NCBI GenBank assembly: GCA_004356455.1
Contig: SMWZ01000147.1
Span: 128-64,127, forward strand
Direction: 5' to 3'
Length of the DNA: 64,000 nucleotides
Source of the DNA: Deltaproteobacteria bacterium
GTDB lineage: Bacteria > Myxococcota_A > UBA9160 > SZUA-336
Position 1 is the first letter of the stretch. The number at the start of each line of letters is the position of its first letter. The notes beneath the pieces are model-generated. The model had not been told where the DNA came from, searched no databases, and saw only the letters and a list, made by a program, of their open reading frames with translations. This document shows, in pieces, positions 28,635 to 37,526 of the stretch. The translations under genes and the position numbers were made by a program.

Positions 28635-30331
28635 GTCTTTCCCCTTGGCCGCAGGGGCAGCTGCTCCAGCGCGAAGCCGACCAGCTCCCGGAAGACCGGC
28701 GCCGCCACCCGCCCGCCCGTGTGTGCCCCTTGCGGCTCGTCGATCACCACGACCACCACCAGGCGGGGGTTCTGTGCCGGAACCAGGCCCATGAAGGATG
28801 CCACGAACCGGTCTTTCGAGTAGCTGCCGTTTACGATCTTCTGAGCGGTCCCGGTCTTTCCGGCCACCGCATACTGCGGCAGGGCGGCCGCCTTGCCCGT
28901 GCCCCGTGCCACCGCATCCTGCAACATGGCGCGTATGCTGCGCGCCGTGGACTCGGAGAGAACGCGCTCGCCCAGGCCGCTCGGCCACTCGACCGTGCCT
29001 CCCGGTCCTTCGACCCGTAGTACCAGCCGCGGAGAGACGCGCTGCCCACCGTTGGCGAGCGTGGCTCCGGCGGCTGCGAGCTGAAGCGCTGTCACGGCGA
29101 TACCCTGGCCGAAGGCAAGGTTCGCACGTTCCACCCGCTGGGACTCCCGCAGCGGACGCAGGATGCCGGGGCTCTCGCCCGGGAAGCCGCTGCCCGTGGA
29201 CTGGCCGAAGCCGAACGCGCGCAGCCCCTCGACCAGGCGTGTCGCTCCGAGCTGCTCGGCGACCTTGGCCGCGCCGATATTGCTCGAGAGGGTGATGATG
29301 TCGTGCACGCTCAGCGCGCCGTAGGGCTTGAAGTCGTGGATCACGTGATCACCCACGCGCCAGGCGCCCTGCTCGCAGTCGAAGCGATCGTCGGCACGCA
29401 CCACTCCCGCGTCCAGCGCCATGGCTATGCCGAAGGGTTTCAGCGTACTGCCCGGCTCGAACACGTCCACGAAGGCGCGGGCGCGGAAAGCGCTCGGCTT
29501 TTCCAGCCAGAAGCGGTTGGGATCGAAGGTCGGCCGTTCGGCCACGGCCAGCAGGTCGCCCGTCCAGGGGTCGAGGGCGACCAGCGTGGCGTGCCGTGCA
29601 CGGGTGCGTTGCATCGTCTGCTCCAGCAGGTTCTCGGCGTAGTGCTGAAGCCGGGCGTCCAGGGTGAGCACCACACGCGCGCCTGCGCGCGCGTTCGTGT
29701 CTCCCTTCCAGCGAATCAGACGCTGGCCGTGGGCGTTGCGGAGCAGCGGCAGCGAGGCCGAACTTCCGCGTAGAGCCGCGTCGAACGCCAGCTCCAGACC
29801 CGAAAGACCCTCACCGTCCCGACCCGCGAAGCCCAGATAGGCGGCGGCGAGTCCGCTGGGGTAGAAGCGCTTGCGCTCCGGGTGCAGGCTCACGCCGGCG
29901 AGACCCAGGTCTCGCACCCGATCGGCCTCCTCCGGGGTCGCCCAGCGCTTGATCCACACGAAGCTGCGTCCCGAGCTCAAGCGTTTGCGCAGGTGCTTCT
30001 GAGGCAGGTCGAGCGCGCGCGCGAGCGCCGCCGCGGTGGACCGTGCATCGGAGATGCGTCGGGGCGAGGCCGCGACGGATTCCACCTCGGCGGAGCCGGC
30101 GAGCAGGGTTCCGTGCCGATCGTGGATCTCGCCGCGCAGCGGCTCGAGGCGTACGGTGCTGCGGTGCACCTGTGCGCGGGCCGCGAGCCACTCCGCATCC
30201 AGAGCCTGGAGCTGCACGGCCCGAGCGCCCAGACCCGCGTAGCCGAGCACGCCCAGTCCCGCCAGGATCATGAGCCGCCGGCGCTGGATCGCCACGTTGC
30301 GCTTTTTGCGGGCGACGCGGCGTCGGTTCAC
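28631..30331 (-). CDS. ftsI: peptidoglycan D,D-transpeptidase FtsI (PBP3)
   Basis: N-terminal TM, transpeptidase motifs (GSTLKPF, SSN, KTGT). GTG 30331 overlaps the ftsL stop (GTGA). Confidence 0.9.
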   Translation of the reverse strand: MNRRRVARKKRNVAIQRRRLMILAGLGVLGYAGLGARAVQLQALDAEWLAARAQVHRSTVRLEPLRGEIHDRHGTLLAGSAEVESVAASPRRISDARSTAAALARALDLPQKHLRKRLSSGRSFVWIKRWATPEEADRVRDLGLAGVSLHPERKRFYPSGLAAAYLGFAGRDGEGLSGLELAFDAALRGSSASLPLLRNAHGQRLIRWKGDTNARAGARVVLTLDARLQHYAENLLEQTMQRTRARHATLVALDPWTGDLLAVAERPTFDPNRFWLEKPSAFRARAFVDVFEPGSTLKPFGIAMALDAGVVRADDRFDCEQGAWRVGDHVIHDFKPYGALSVHDIITLSSNIGAAKVAEQLGATRLVEGLRAFGFGQSTGSGFPGESPGILRPLRESQRVERANLAFGQGIAVTALQLAAAGATLANGGQRVSPRLVLRVEGPGGTVEWPSGLGERVLSESTARSIRAMLQDAVARGTGKAAALPQYAVAGKTGTAQKIVNGSYSKDRFVASFMGLVPAQNPRLVVVVVIDEPQGAHTGGRVAAPVFRELVGFALEQLPLRPRGKT

Positions 30332-30642
30332 TCGCGAGCTCCGCTGGCTACGTCCGCGGCGGAGAGGTGGACCACCTGACCCGCCTTCGGGTAATCCAGA
30401 CCGAGTGCGCGCGCCTTCGCCTCGATGCGTCGGGGCGAAGCGAGGGCGGCAGCCTCGAGGCGCAGCTTCTCGACGTCGCGCCGGAGCTGGGATTCCAGCT
30501 CGCCCAGACGCGTCAACTGATACTGGAGCGACACGATATGCGTGCGGGTCCATACGAGGGCGCCTGAGCCGACGCTGATGCCCACCACGGTCGCCAGCAG
30601 GATGCCCAGCCAGCGCCCGCCCCGTTTGAGACGCAGGTTCAC
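30328..30642 (-). CDS. ftsL: cell division protein FtsL
   Basis: Small bitopic protein with a TM and a coiled coil, positioned between rsmH and ftsI. GTG 30642 overlaps the rsmH stop (GTGA). Confidence 0.8.
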   Translation of the reverse strand: MNLRLKRGGRWLGILLATVVGISVGSGALVWTRTHIVSLQYQLTRLGELESQLRRDVEKLRLEAAALASPRRIEAKARALGLDYPKAGQVVHLSAADVASGARE

Positions 30643-31559
30643 CAACGGACCGCCCCCCGTAGGCGCGCACTGCGCGCGCGCGGATTGCGCAGAACCTCGT
30701 CCGGGTTCGGAGGCTTGCCTCGCGCCACGATCTTGAGACGCGGAGTGCGTCCACAGCCGCAGCGCGGAAGATCCGGAGGACAGATGCAGCCGCGCTCCTC
30801 CCGCGCCAGGAACTCCTTGACCCGACGGTCCTCACCCGAGTGATAGCTCAGCACTGCGAGACGCCCGCCCGGGGCCAAGAGCTCCACCGCGCTCTCGAGC
30901 GCTTGCTCGAGCTCTTGGAGCTCGTTGTTCACGGCGATACGAAGCGCCTGGAAAACCAGCGTCGCGGGGTGGTGACGCCGGCGCGGGAGTCTGACGTTGC
31001 GCAGCGCGTCGCGCAGATCCTGGGTGGTGCGAAGCGGCAGCCGTGCATGCAGGGCGCGCGCGACCCGTCGCGGCGCGGGCACACCGCCCGCGCGCAGCAG
31101 CTGCGCTAGCTCCGGCTCGTCGAGGCGCGCCAGCAGCTCGCTCGCGGTCTCGCCCTGCTCCTGATCCATGCGCATGTCGAGCGGCACCAGCCGCTCGCTC
31201 TGCCGAAAGCTGAAGCCGCGGCCGAGGTCGTCGATCTGTGCCGAGCACAGCCCGAGATCCATCAGGATGCCGTCGACGCGCTCGAGTCCGGCGCCCTTGA
31301 CCACATCGCGCAGGTAGGCGAGCCGCGCATGCACCAGCGAGACCGCGCCGCCGAAGGGGCGCAGCTGCTCTTCGGCGCGACGCAACATGCGCGGGTCGCG
31401 GTCGATGCCGATCAGCTGCCCGTCAGGGCCGAGCGCGCGCAGGATGCGCTCGGCATGACCGCCCAGGCCCACGGTAGCGTCGATGATGCGTTCGCCCGGA
31501 CGGGGGTTGAGGATGCGCAGGACCGGCTCCACCATGACGGGCAGGTGAGCCGCTGTCAT
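30639..31559 (-). CDS. rsmH: 16S rRNA (cytosine1402-N4)-methyltransferase
   Basis: HLPVMVEPVL, DATVGLGGHAE, DLGLCSAQ and SYHSGEDRRVK motifs. ATG 31559 shares 1 nt with the mraZ stop. Confidence 0.93.
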   Translation of the reverse strand: MTAAHLPVMVEPVLRILNPRPGERIIDATVGLGGHAERILRALGPDGQLIGIDRDPRMLRRAEEQLRPFGGAVSLVHARLAYLRDVVKGAGLERVDGILMDLGLCSAQIDDLGRGFSFRQSERLVPLDMRMDQEQGETASELLARLDEPELAQLLRAGGVPAPRRVARALHARLPLRTTQDLRDALRNVRLPRRRHHPATLVFQALRIAVNNELQELEQALESAVELLAPGGRLAVLSYHSGEDRRVKEFLAREERGCICPPDLPRCGCGRTPRLKIVARGKPPNPDEVLRNPRARSARLRGAVRW

Positions 31560-31996
31560 CACAGGCCGAACTCCTTCAGGATGTCGGTGTAGTTGGAGTA
31601 CTCCATCTTCGTCTGCTCGAGATCGGCATCCAGTCGAGCGCGATCCCAGACCTCGATCCGCCGCCCGACGCCGGTGAAGACGATCTCGCGGTCGAGCCCC
31701 GCCCACTTGCGCAGCCGGGGCGGGATCAGGATGCGGCCCTGGCGATCGATCGCGGCGGGCGAGGCATTGCCTAGCATTAGACGCTGCAAATGCTGAATCG
31801 ACTCGATCGTGCTGGAGGCGTGCGTGAGCTTCTCTCGCAGCGCGTCGAACTCGGCCGCCGGGAAGAGCGTCAGGCACTGGGTCAACGCCGTGATCCAGGG
31901 CTCGCCCTTCAGGCTCTTGAGGGTCTCCCGGTAGGACTTGGGAAGGCTCGTGCGCCCCTTCTCGTCCAGAACGTGGTCATGACTTCCCCAGAACAC
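31559..31996 (-). CDS. mraZ: transcriptional regulator MraZ
   Basis: Two SpoVT/AbrB-like repeats (LDEKGRTSLP, IDRQGRILIP). GTG start. Confidence 0.93.
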   Translation of the reverse strand: MFWGSHDHVLDEKGRTSLPKSYRETLKSLKGEPWITALTQCLTLFPAAEFDALREKLTHASSTIESIQHLQRLMLGNASPAAIDRQGRILIPPRLRKWAGLDREIVFTGVGRRIEVWDRARLDADLEQTKMEYSNYTDILKEFGL

Positions 31997-32084
31997 GGCC
32001 TAACCCCCGGACTCAGCGCACGACCGTGGGAAGGGGTGTCTACGAACGCTGTACTTCCCCCCCTGTTCAGCACGTCGTTCGTAG

Positions 32085-32109
32085 ACCACCCAATCCCACG
32101 GCGTCCCAC
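32085..32109 (-). promoter_or_regulatory. three direct repeats GTGGGA-N4-GTGGGA-N4-GTGGTC with 10-bp phasing: candidate MraZ operator in the dcw promoter region
   Basis: The minus-sense sequence reads AAAGTGGGACGCCGTGGGATTGGGTGGTCTAC, 89-113 nt upstream of the mraZ start. This resembles the phased TGGGN repeats bound by E. coli MraZ. Confidence 0.55.
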
Positions 32110-32253
32110 TTTATTGGGTTCCGATGGATTCGTCAACCCACCTGGCCAACCCCAAATAGCGAGTGATTTCAGGGATGTCTGCAGAAACGTGCGGGTCGCT
32201 GGATGTTGGGGCGCGAGAGCGGTCGAGGCCCCAGATCCAGTGTATGAGTGGGC

Positions 32254-33306
32254 TCAGGCATAGGCGCGCCCGCGCAGCGAGCTCCAGCTCTGGGCGTGCG
32301 CCTCGCGCAAACCCCCGATGAGCTCGCTTCCCACCGGAGTGAGCGCTGGAAGTTTTTCGGGGCGGAGCTCGGGCTCGGCCAGCAGCCGAACCACGCCGGC
32401 TACGGATTCGCCGAGCGCCTCGAGGTCGTAGCCGCCCTCCAGCGTGAGCAGCATGCGCCCTGCGCAGACCTCTTCGGCCAGTGCGCGCAGCATGCCCGCG
32501 AGCACACGGAAGCCATCGCTGCTGACCTGCATCGAGGCCAGCGGGTCGCGCGCGTGCGCATCGAAGCCGGCTGAGATCAAGAGCAGCTCCGGGCGGAACT
32601 CGCGCAGCGTCGGAATGACGATCTGCTCGAAGGCTGCTGCGTACTCGGCGTCGCCGCAACCCGCCGGCAGCGGAAGGTTCAGCGTCGCGCCTTCGCCGGC
32701 GCCGCTGCCGCGCTCTCGCAGCGCGCCCGTGCCCGGGTAGAACGGGAACTGATGCAACGATACAAACAACACGTCTCGCTCGTGCTCGAAAAGGTGCTGG
32801 GTGCCGTTTCCGTGGTGCACGTCCCAGTCGACGATCGCGATGCGTTCGAGCCCCGCCTCCGCGCGCAGCGCCTGCGCGGCCACGGCCACGTTGTTGAGCA
32901 AGCAGAAGCCCATGGCCCGCGCTCGCTCAGCGTGATGCCCGGGTGGCCGGGTCAGCGCGAACCCGCTCCGGGCTTCGCCGCGCGCGACCCGCAAGGCCAA
33001 CTCGACCGCGCTGCCGGCCGCCAGGCGCGCAACCTCGTGCGACCTCGGGGAGATATAGGTGTCGGGATCCAGCTGTGTGGTCTGCCCCTCGAGCTTCTGC
33101 AGCAACGCCAGGTGCTCGGCGCTGTGGGCCCGCAGGATCTCGTCATCGCTGGCCGCGCGGGGTGCGACTTCCAAGACCTGTTCCAAAAGGGGCGCCAGCG
33201 CCCGGTCGATGGCCTCGAGACGCTCGGCGCGCTCCGGGTGTCCCTCGGGCGAGGTGTGTGCGCGAAAGCGGGGATCGCGAACGAGCAGTGGGCGGGGATC
33301 AGGCAT
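32254..33306 (-). CDS. histone deacetylase-family (class II HDAC/AcuC-like) amidohydrolase
   Basis: RPPGHHAE, DWDVHHGNGTQ and GGYD motifs. Start trimmed to ATG 33306. Confidence 0.88.
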   Translation of the reverse strand: MPDPRPLLVRDPRFRAHTSPEGHPERAERLEAIDRALAPLLEQVLEVAPRAASDDEILRAHSAEHLALLQKLEGQTTQLDPDTYISPRSHEVARLAAGSAVELALRVARGEARSGFALTRPPGHHAERARAMGFCLLNNVAVAAQALRAEAGLERIAIVDWDVHHGNGTQHLFEHERDVLFVSLHQFPFYPGTGALRERGSGAGEGATLNLPLPAGCGDAEYAAAFEQIVIPTLREFRPELLLISAGFDAHARDPLASMQVSSDGFRVLAGMLRALAEEVCAGRMLLTLEGGYDLEALGESVAGVVRLLAEPELRPEKLPALTPVGSELIGGLREAHAQSWSSLRGRAYA

Positions 33307-33371
33307 CAGCGTCGGGTCGCACGTTAGCAACCGATTGACACCACCGCCTGCTTGTCCGATACAACGCAATC

Positions 33372-34352
33372 GTGTCGACCGGGCGGCCGCCGCGAAGTCT
33401 GGCGATCAGTGGGCTGGGGTCCTACGTGGGCGGTCAGATGGCGCTGCGGCTGCTCGAGGGTCCCTCTCCGCCGCGGATCGTGGGACTCGATCTGAGCGTG
33501 CCCAAAGCGCTCGAGGGAAGGCTGCGCTTCCATCGGGTCGATCTGACGGGGCCCACCGCCGACAGCGTGCTCGCCGAGCTGCTGGAGAAGGAGCGCTGTG
33601 ACGCGCTGCTTCACGCCGCCTTCTTCACCGATCCCCACCCCGACCGGGAGTACGCCCACGAGCTCGAGGTGATTGGCAGCCTTAACGTGATGAACGCGTC
33701 GGCCGCCGCGGGCGTGAGCAAGCTGGTCGTGGCCAGCACGGCCCAGGTCTACGGTCCGCATCCCGACAATCCGAACTTCCTCAGCGAGCGGCACGCCCTG
33801 CGCGCCCATCCCGACGCTCACGCTATTCGCGATCGGGCCGAGATGGAGCAACTGCTCCGCACCTTCGCCACACGGCACCCGAGCATCAGCGTCGTGTCCC
33901 TGCGCCCCTGCTGGGTCATGGGGCCCAGCTACACATCGTCCGTGACGCGCCACTTCGAGTCGGCCCGGGTGACGACGCTGCTCGGCTACGACCCGCTCAT
34001 GCAGTTCCTGCACGAGGAGGACCTGCTGGACGCTGTCGGGCTGGCTCTCACGCGTGAGGTGGCCGGCCCGTTCAACCTGGCGGGCGACGGGCTGCTGCCC
34101 CTGTCCACCCTGATCCAGCTGGCCGGCAAACGCACGCGGCCGCTGCCGCATCCGCTGCTCTACCGGCTCGGCTATCTGGCCACCGTTGCGCGCACGGGCG
34201 ATCCGCCTGCGGCGTTCTATGATTACCTGCGGTTCGGGTGGGTGGTCGACACCGAGCGCGCCAAGCAGGAGCTCGGATTTCGGCCTGGCTACACAACCCG
34301 GGAAGCCTGGATGAGCTGCGTGGTGGAGCGCCGGCTGAAGAGCTACCGATGA
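33372..34352 (+). CDS. NAD-dependent epimerase/dehydratase (extended SDR)
   Basis: ISGLGSYVGG Rossmann motif and extended-SDR length. GTG start. Confidence 0.8.
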   Translation: MSTGRPPRSLAISGLGSYVGGQMALRLLEGPSPPRIVGLDLSVPKALEGRLRFHRVDLTGPTADSVLAELLEKERCDALLHAAFFTDPHPDREYAHELEVIGSLNVMNASAAAGVSKLVVASTAQVYGPHPDNPNFLSERHALRAHPDAHAIRDRAEMEQLLRTFATRHPSISVVSLRPCWVMGPSYTSSVTRHFESARVTTLLGYDPLMQFLHEEDLLDAVGLALTREVAGPFNLAGDGLLPLSTLIQLAGKRTRPLPHPLLYRLGYLATVARTGDPPAAFYDYLRFGWVVDTERAKQELGFRPGYTTREAWMSCVVERRLKSYR

Positions 34353-35383
34353 GCGAGATCGAAGCCGCTTCCGGAAACGGCGGGCCCACGCCCGAGCAGC
34401 TCGCGGAGCTGCGGAGCTCACTGGCGGAGCTGCGCGGCGAGCTCGAGGCCCGCTTCGGGCCGCAAAGGGAGCGCACCGGTGCCTCGCCCTTCCGGGTGCT
34501 GGATGAGCTGGGCAACAGCCTGCGCTCCGGCCTCGACAAGCTGGGCGTGAGCGGGCTCTACTCGGGGCTGCGGCGGCTGGTCTCGGCCTATCGCATGGAT
34601 AACCGCTCACTGGAGGTGGACGAGTTCGGCTCGGACCCGCTCTATCTCGAGAAGAGCCGGGTGCTGCTCGATTTTCTGTTCGACCGCTGGTGGCGCGTGA
34701 AGGTCAGCGGCGCGGAGCATCTGCCCAGCGGGGGACGGGTTCTGCTCGTCGCGAATTGCTCCGGGATCCTTCCCTACGACGCGCTGATGATTGCGCACGC
34801 GGTCGAGCGTTTTCACCCAAGCCAGCTGCGTCCACGCTTTCTCGCGGCGGACTGGATCGCGACCTTACCATTCGCGCAGCCGCTGCTCACCCGGCTCGGT
34901 GGGGTGCGCGCGTGTCCGGAGAACGCCGAGCGGTTGCTGCGCACGGGCCACTGGGTGGTGACGTTTCCGGAGGGCCAGAAAGGAGCCGTCAAGCCGTTTC
35001 GCCAGCGCTACCAGCTGCAACGCTTCGGGCGGGGCGGGTTCGTTTCCCTGGCGTTGCGCCTGGATGCGACGGTCGTTCCGGTGGCGGTGGTTGGTGCGGA
35101 GGAGGTCCACCCCGTTCTGCTCGACCCGACGCTTCCCCGGCGCTTGCTGGGTGTTCCTCTGCCGGTGACCCCGACGTTCCCCGTCGCGGGGCCGCTGGGC
35201 CTGATCCCGCTACCGAGTCAGTGGCGCATCCGCTTCGGGGAGCCGATCCGCTGGGACGCTGCCGCGCGCGAGAAAGCCGACGACGCGCTCTACGTCAACC
35301 GTACGCGGGACCAGATCCGCAACACGATCCAGTTGCTGCTGGATGAAGAGGTACACCGCCGGACTGGAGTCTTTCGCTCTTAG
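34349..35383 (+). CDS. lysophospholipid/glycerol acyltransferase (PlsC-like) family protein with Cys at the expected HX4D histidine
   Basis: LLVANCSGILPYDALM (block I) and VTFPEGQKG (block III). ATGA overlap with the epimerase stop. Confidence 0.7.
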   Translation: MSEIEAASGNGGPTPEQLAELRSSLAELRGELEARFGPQRERTGASPFRVLDELGNSLRSGLDKLGVSGLYSGLRRLVSAYRMDNRSLEVDEFGSDPLYLEKSRVLLDFLFDRWWRVKVSGAEHLPSGGRVLLVANCSGILPYDALMIAHAVERFHPSQLRPRFLAADWIATLPFAQPLLTRLGGVRACPENAERLLRTGHWVVTFPEGQKGAVKPFRQRYQLQRFGRGGFVSLALRLDATVVPVAVVGAEEVHPVLLDPTLPRRLLGVPLPVTPTFPVAGPLGLIPLPSQWRIRFGEPIRWDAAAREKADDALYVNRTRDQIRNTIQLLLDEEVHRRTGVFRS

Positions 35384-35385
35384 TC

Positions 35386-35916
35386 CTAGAGGGGGCGGTC
35401 GTGGTCCCGAGCCAGCTGGGCTTCGAAGGACTCGAGCGCGCGGGTGAGCCGGTCGACCTTCTTGTTGAGCGCCTCGAGATCCCCGCGGGTGGGGAGGTCG
35501 ACCATGCGCAGCACACGCTCGACCGCCTGGTGCACCGCGCGCGTGATCTCCGAAACATCGAGCTCACGCGGCGTCTTGATCCAACGCTTCATGTTGTCGC
35601 GCACGTCGGAGATGTTGCCCGGCACGTCGCCCATGGAGCGCCGGATGGCGCCATAAATGGCGTCGCCCCCGCGCTGAATCAGCTCCGAGAGCACCTGCCC
35701 GGGAACACCCGAGTTCGCATCCGGTTGCTGCTTCTGGTCGTCCACCAGGATCTGCGAAAGAACGACCGGGGTGATGTCTTTCCCCGACTCGTTGTCGATC
35801 ACCTGGATGTCGCGCCCCTCTCGAACGAGCTCGGAGATGCCCTTGAGCGTGATATACCGGCTCGAGTCAGTGTTGTACAGCTTCCGGTTCGCGTAGCGTT
35901 TGATCAAGATGACCAT
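35386..35916 (-). CDS. phaR: polyhydroxyalkanoate synthesis repressor PhaR
   Basis: N-terminal IKRYANRKLYNTDSSRYITLKGISELV is the PhaR signature. Start is ATG 35916. Confidence 0.88.
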   Translation of the reverse strand: MVILIKRYANRKLYNTDSSRYITLKGISELVREGRDIQVIDNESGKDITPVVLSQILVDDQKQQPDANSGVPGQVLSELIQRGGDAIYGAIRRSMGDVPGNISDVRDNMKRWIKTPRELDVSEITRAVHQAVERVLRMVDLPTRGDLEALNKKVDRLTRALESFEAQLARDHDRPL

Positions 35917-35971
35917 GGGTCGGGAGTATCCCACCCGCCCACACACGGGTCAAACCGTTACCAACGGGAGA

Positions 35972-36358
35972 TCAGGAGGAGGGGGCTCGCGAGCGGCGGG
36001 GAGCTCGGCGCGGCGCGCGGGCAGCTGTTTCGTCGGCGCGTAGCTCCGGTTCGATCACGTCCAGCAGGGCGCTGCAGAGGTCGCGCAGGCGACGCGCCGC
36101 GGCATCGCCCGCTGCTCTCCGCTCCCAGCGCTCGCGCTCGTCCCGCAGCGCCTTTTGGAGCAGTGGAAGCAGTCCTGCGGCTCCGCGCGCTTCTAAATCG
36201 GACCAAAGCTGCAGCAGTGCTTCTAGACCCGTTTCAGGCGCTCCGGCCTCGTCCGACTCCAGACGGATGCGCCAGCTGGCCAGTCCCTCGGCGCAGGCCA
36301 GAAGCAGCTCCTCCCACCCCTTAGCGAGATGCACCAGCGCTCGCTCGCGCTCAGACAT
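35972..36358 (-). CDS. hypothetical helical protein
   Basis: ATG 36358 overlaps the upstream ATPase stop by 8 nt (ATGTCTGA). I recognise no family. Confidence 0.45.
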   Translation of the reverse strand: MSERERALVHLAKGWEELLLACAEGLASWRIRLESDEAGAPETGLEALLQLWSDLEARGAAGLLPLLQKALRDERERWERRAAGDAAARRLRDLCSALLDVIEPELRADETAARAPRRAPRRSRAPSS

Positions 36359-37526
36359 CACGTGCCTCCTCGAACAGGTGCGAGGCCATGCGCCGTAAAC
36401 CCTCGAGTGCATGCACGTCCTCCGAGAAGAGGGGGATCTTCCGCACGGCCTCCGGCGAGAGCCCGATCGCTTCTTCCAGGCGCGCGCCAACCTCCGCATC
36501 CCGCCGCGCCAGCAAGGCCTGCTGCGTCAGCGTGGCCACCAGCTCGCGTGCCGCCTGCTCAGGCTCGAAGCCTGGATCCCGTTTCGCCAGCTCTTTAGTC
36601 AGCTGCTCCGTTAGCTGCTTGGCCTCGGCCGTCCCGAGCTCGGGTGTCCGACCTCTTCCCGGCCAGGTCCGCACGCGGTTCATCACCAGCCCCAAGAGGT
36701 GAACTCTCTCCTGCTGCAGCCGCTTCCAGAAGTCCTCGGCTCGGCGCGCCTGCTCTGGATCGGGTCCCACCACGAGTACGAAACCGCAGATGGGATCTCG
36801 CAGCAACGCCTCGGTCGCGCGCGCGCGCTCGGTGAAGCCCTCCAGCATGCTCTCGAATGCCAGCAAGAAGTCGGAGATGGCCCTCAGGAACCCCAGTCCG
36901 GTCACCATCTCGAGTGCGCGCAGGACGGTCGCAGAGCCGAAGCGGAAGAGGCGAAAGCCGGTACGCCCGAGTGCGAGTGCGGGGCGGAATAAAAGCTTCA
37001 GTAGATCGCTCTGTAGGAAGCCTGTGAGTCGGCGTGGCGCGTCCAGAAACTCGAGCGCGTGGCTGCTGGGCGGCGTGTCGAGCACGATCAAATCATACTC
37101 GCCGGCGCTGTGAAGCTGGTGCAGGCTCTCCATCGCCGAGTACTCACGGCTCCCAGCCAGCGCATCGGTGAGATTCTGATAGATCGGGTTGGTGAGGATA
37201 CGCTCGAGCGCCTCCTCGTCTGGCGAGTAGCGGCGGACCAGATCGTCGAAGGTCTGCTTCGTGTCGAGCATCATGGCGACGAACTCGCCGCTGGCTTCGA
37301 TCCCGGCGGCTCGCAGCACAGCGCCCGGAATCGAGTGCGGCTCGTGTCCCAGCTCGATCCCGAGCGCGTCGCCCAGACGGCGCGCAGGATCGATCGTCAG
37401 TACCAGGACCCGCTTTCCACGGCGCGCGGCCTCGAGTCCCAGGGCGGCGCTGACGGTGGTCTTGCCCACGCCGCCGGTCCCCACGATCACCAGGATCTGG
37501 TGCTCGAGCCAGGGCGTCTCGCTCAC
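36351..37526 (-). CDS. ArsA/Get3-family P-loop ATPase (second of tandem pair)
   Basis: IVGTGGVGKTTVSAAL deviant Walker A and LTIDPARRL. GTG 37526 overlaps the upstream stop (GTGA). Confidence 0.85.
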   Translation of the reverse strand: MSETPWLEHQILVIVGTGGVGKTTVSAALGLEAARRGKRVLVLTIDPARRLGDALGIELGHEPHSIPGAVLRAAGIEASGEFVAMMLDTKQTFDDLVRRYSPDEEALERILTNPIYQNLTDALAGSREYSAMESLHQLHSAGEYDLIVLDTPPSSHALEFLDAPRRLTGFLQSDLLKLLFRPALALGRTGFRLFRFGSATVLRALEMVTGLGFLRAISDFLLAFESMLEGFTERARATEALLRDPICGFVLVVGPDPEQARRAEDFWKRLQQERVHLLGLVMNRVRTWPGRGRTPELGTAEAKQLTEQLTKELAKRDPGFEPEQAARELVATLTQQALLARRDAEVGARLEEAIGLSPEAVRKIPLFSEDVHALEGLRRMASHLFEEARDV

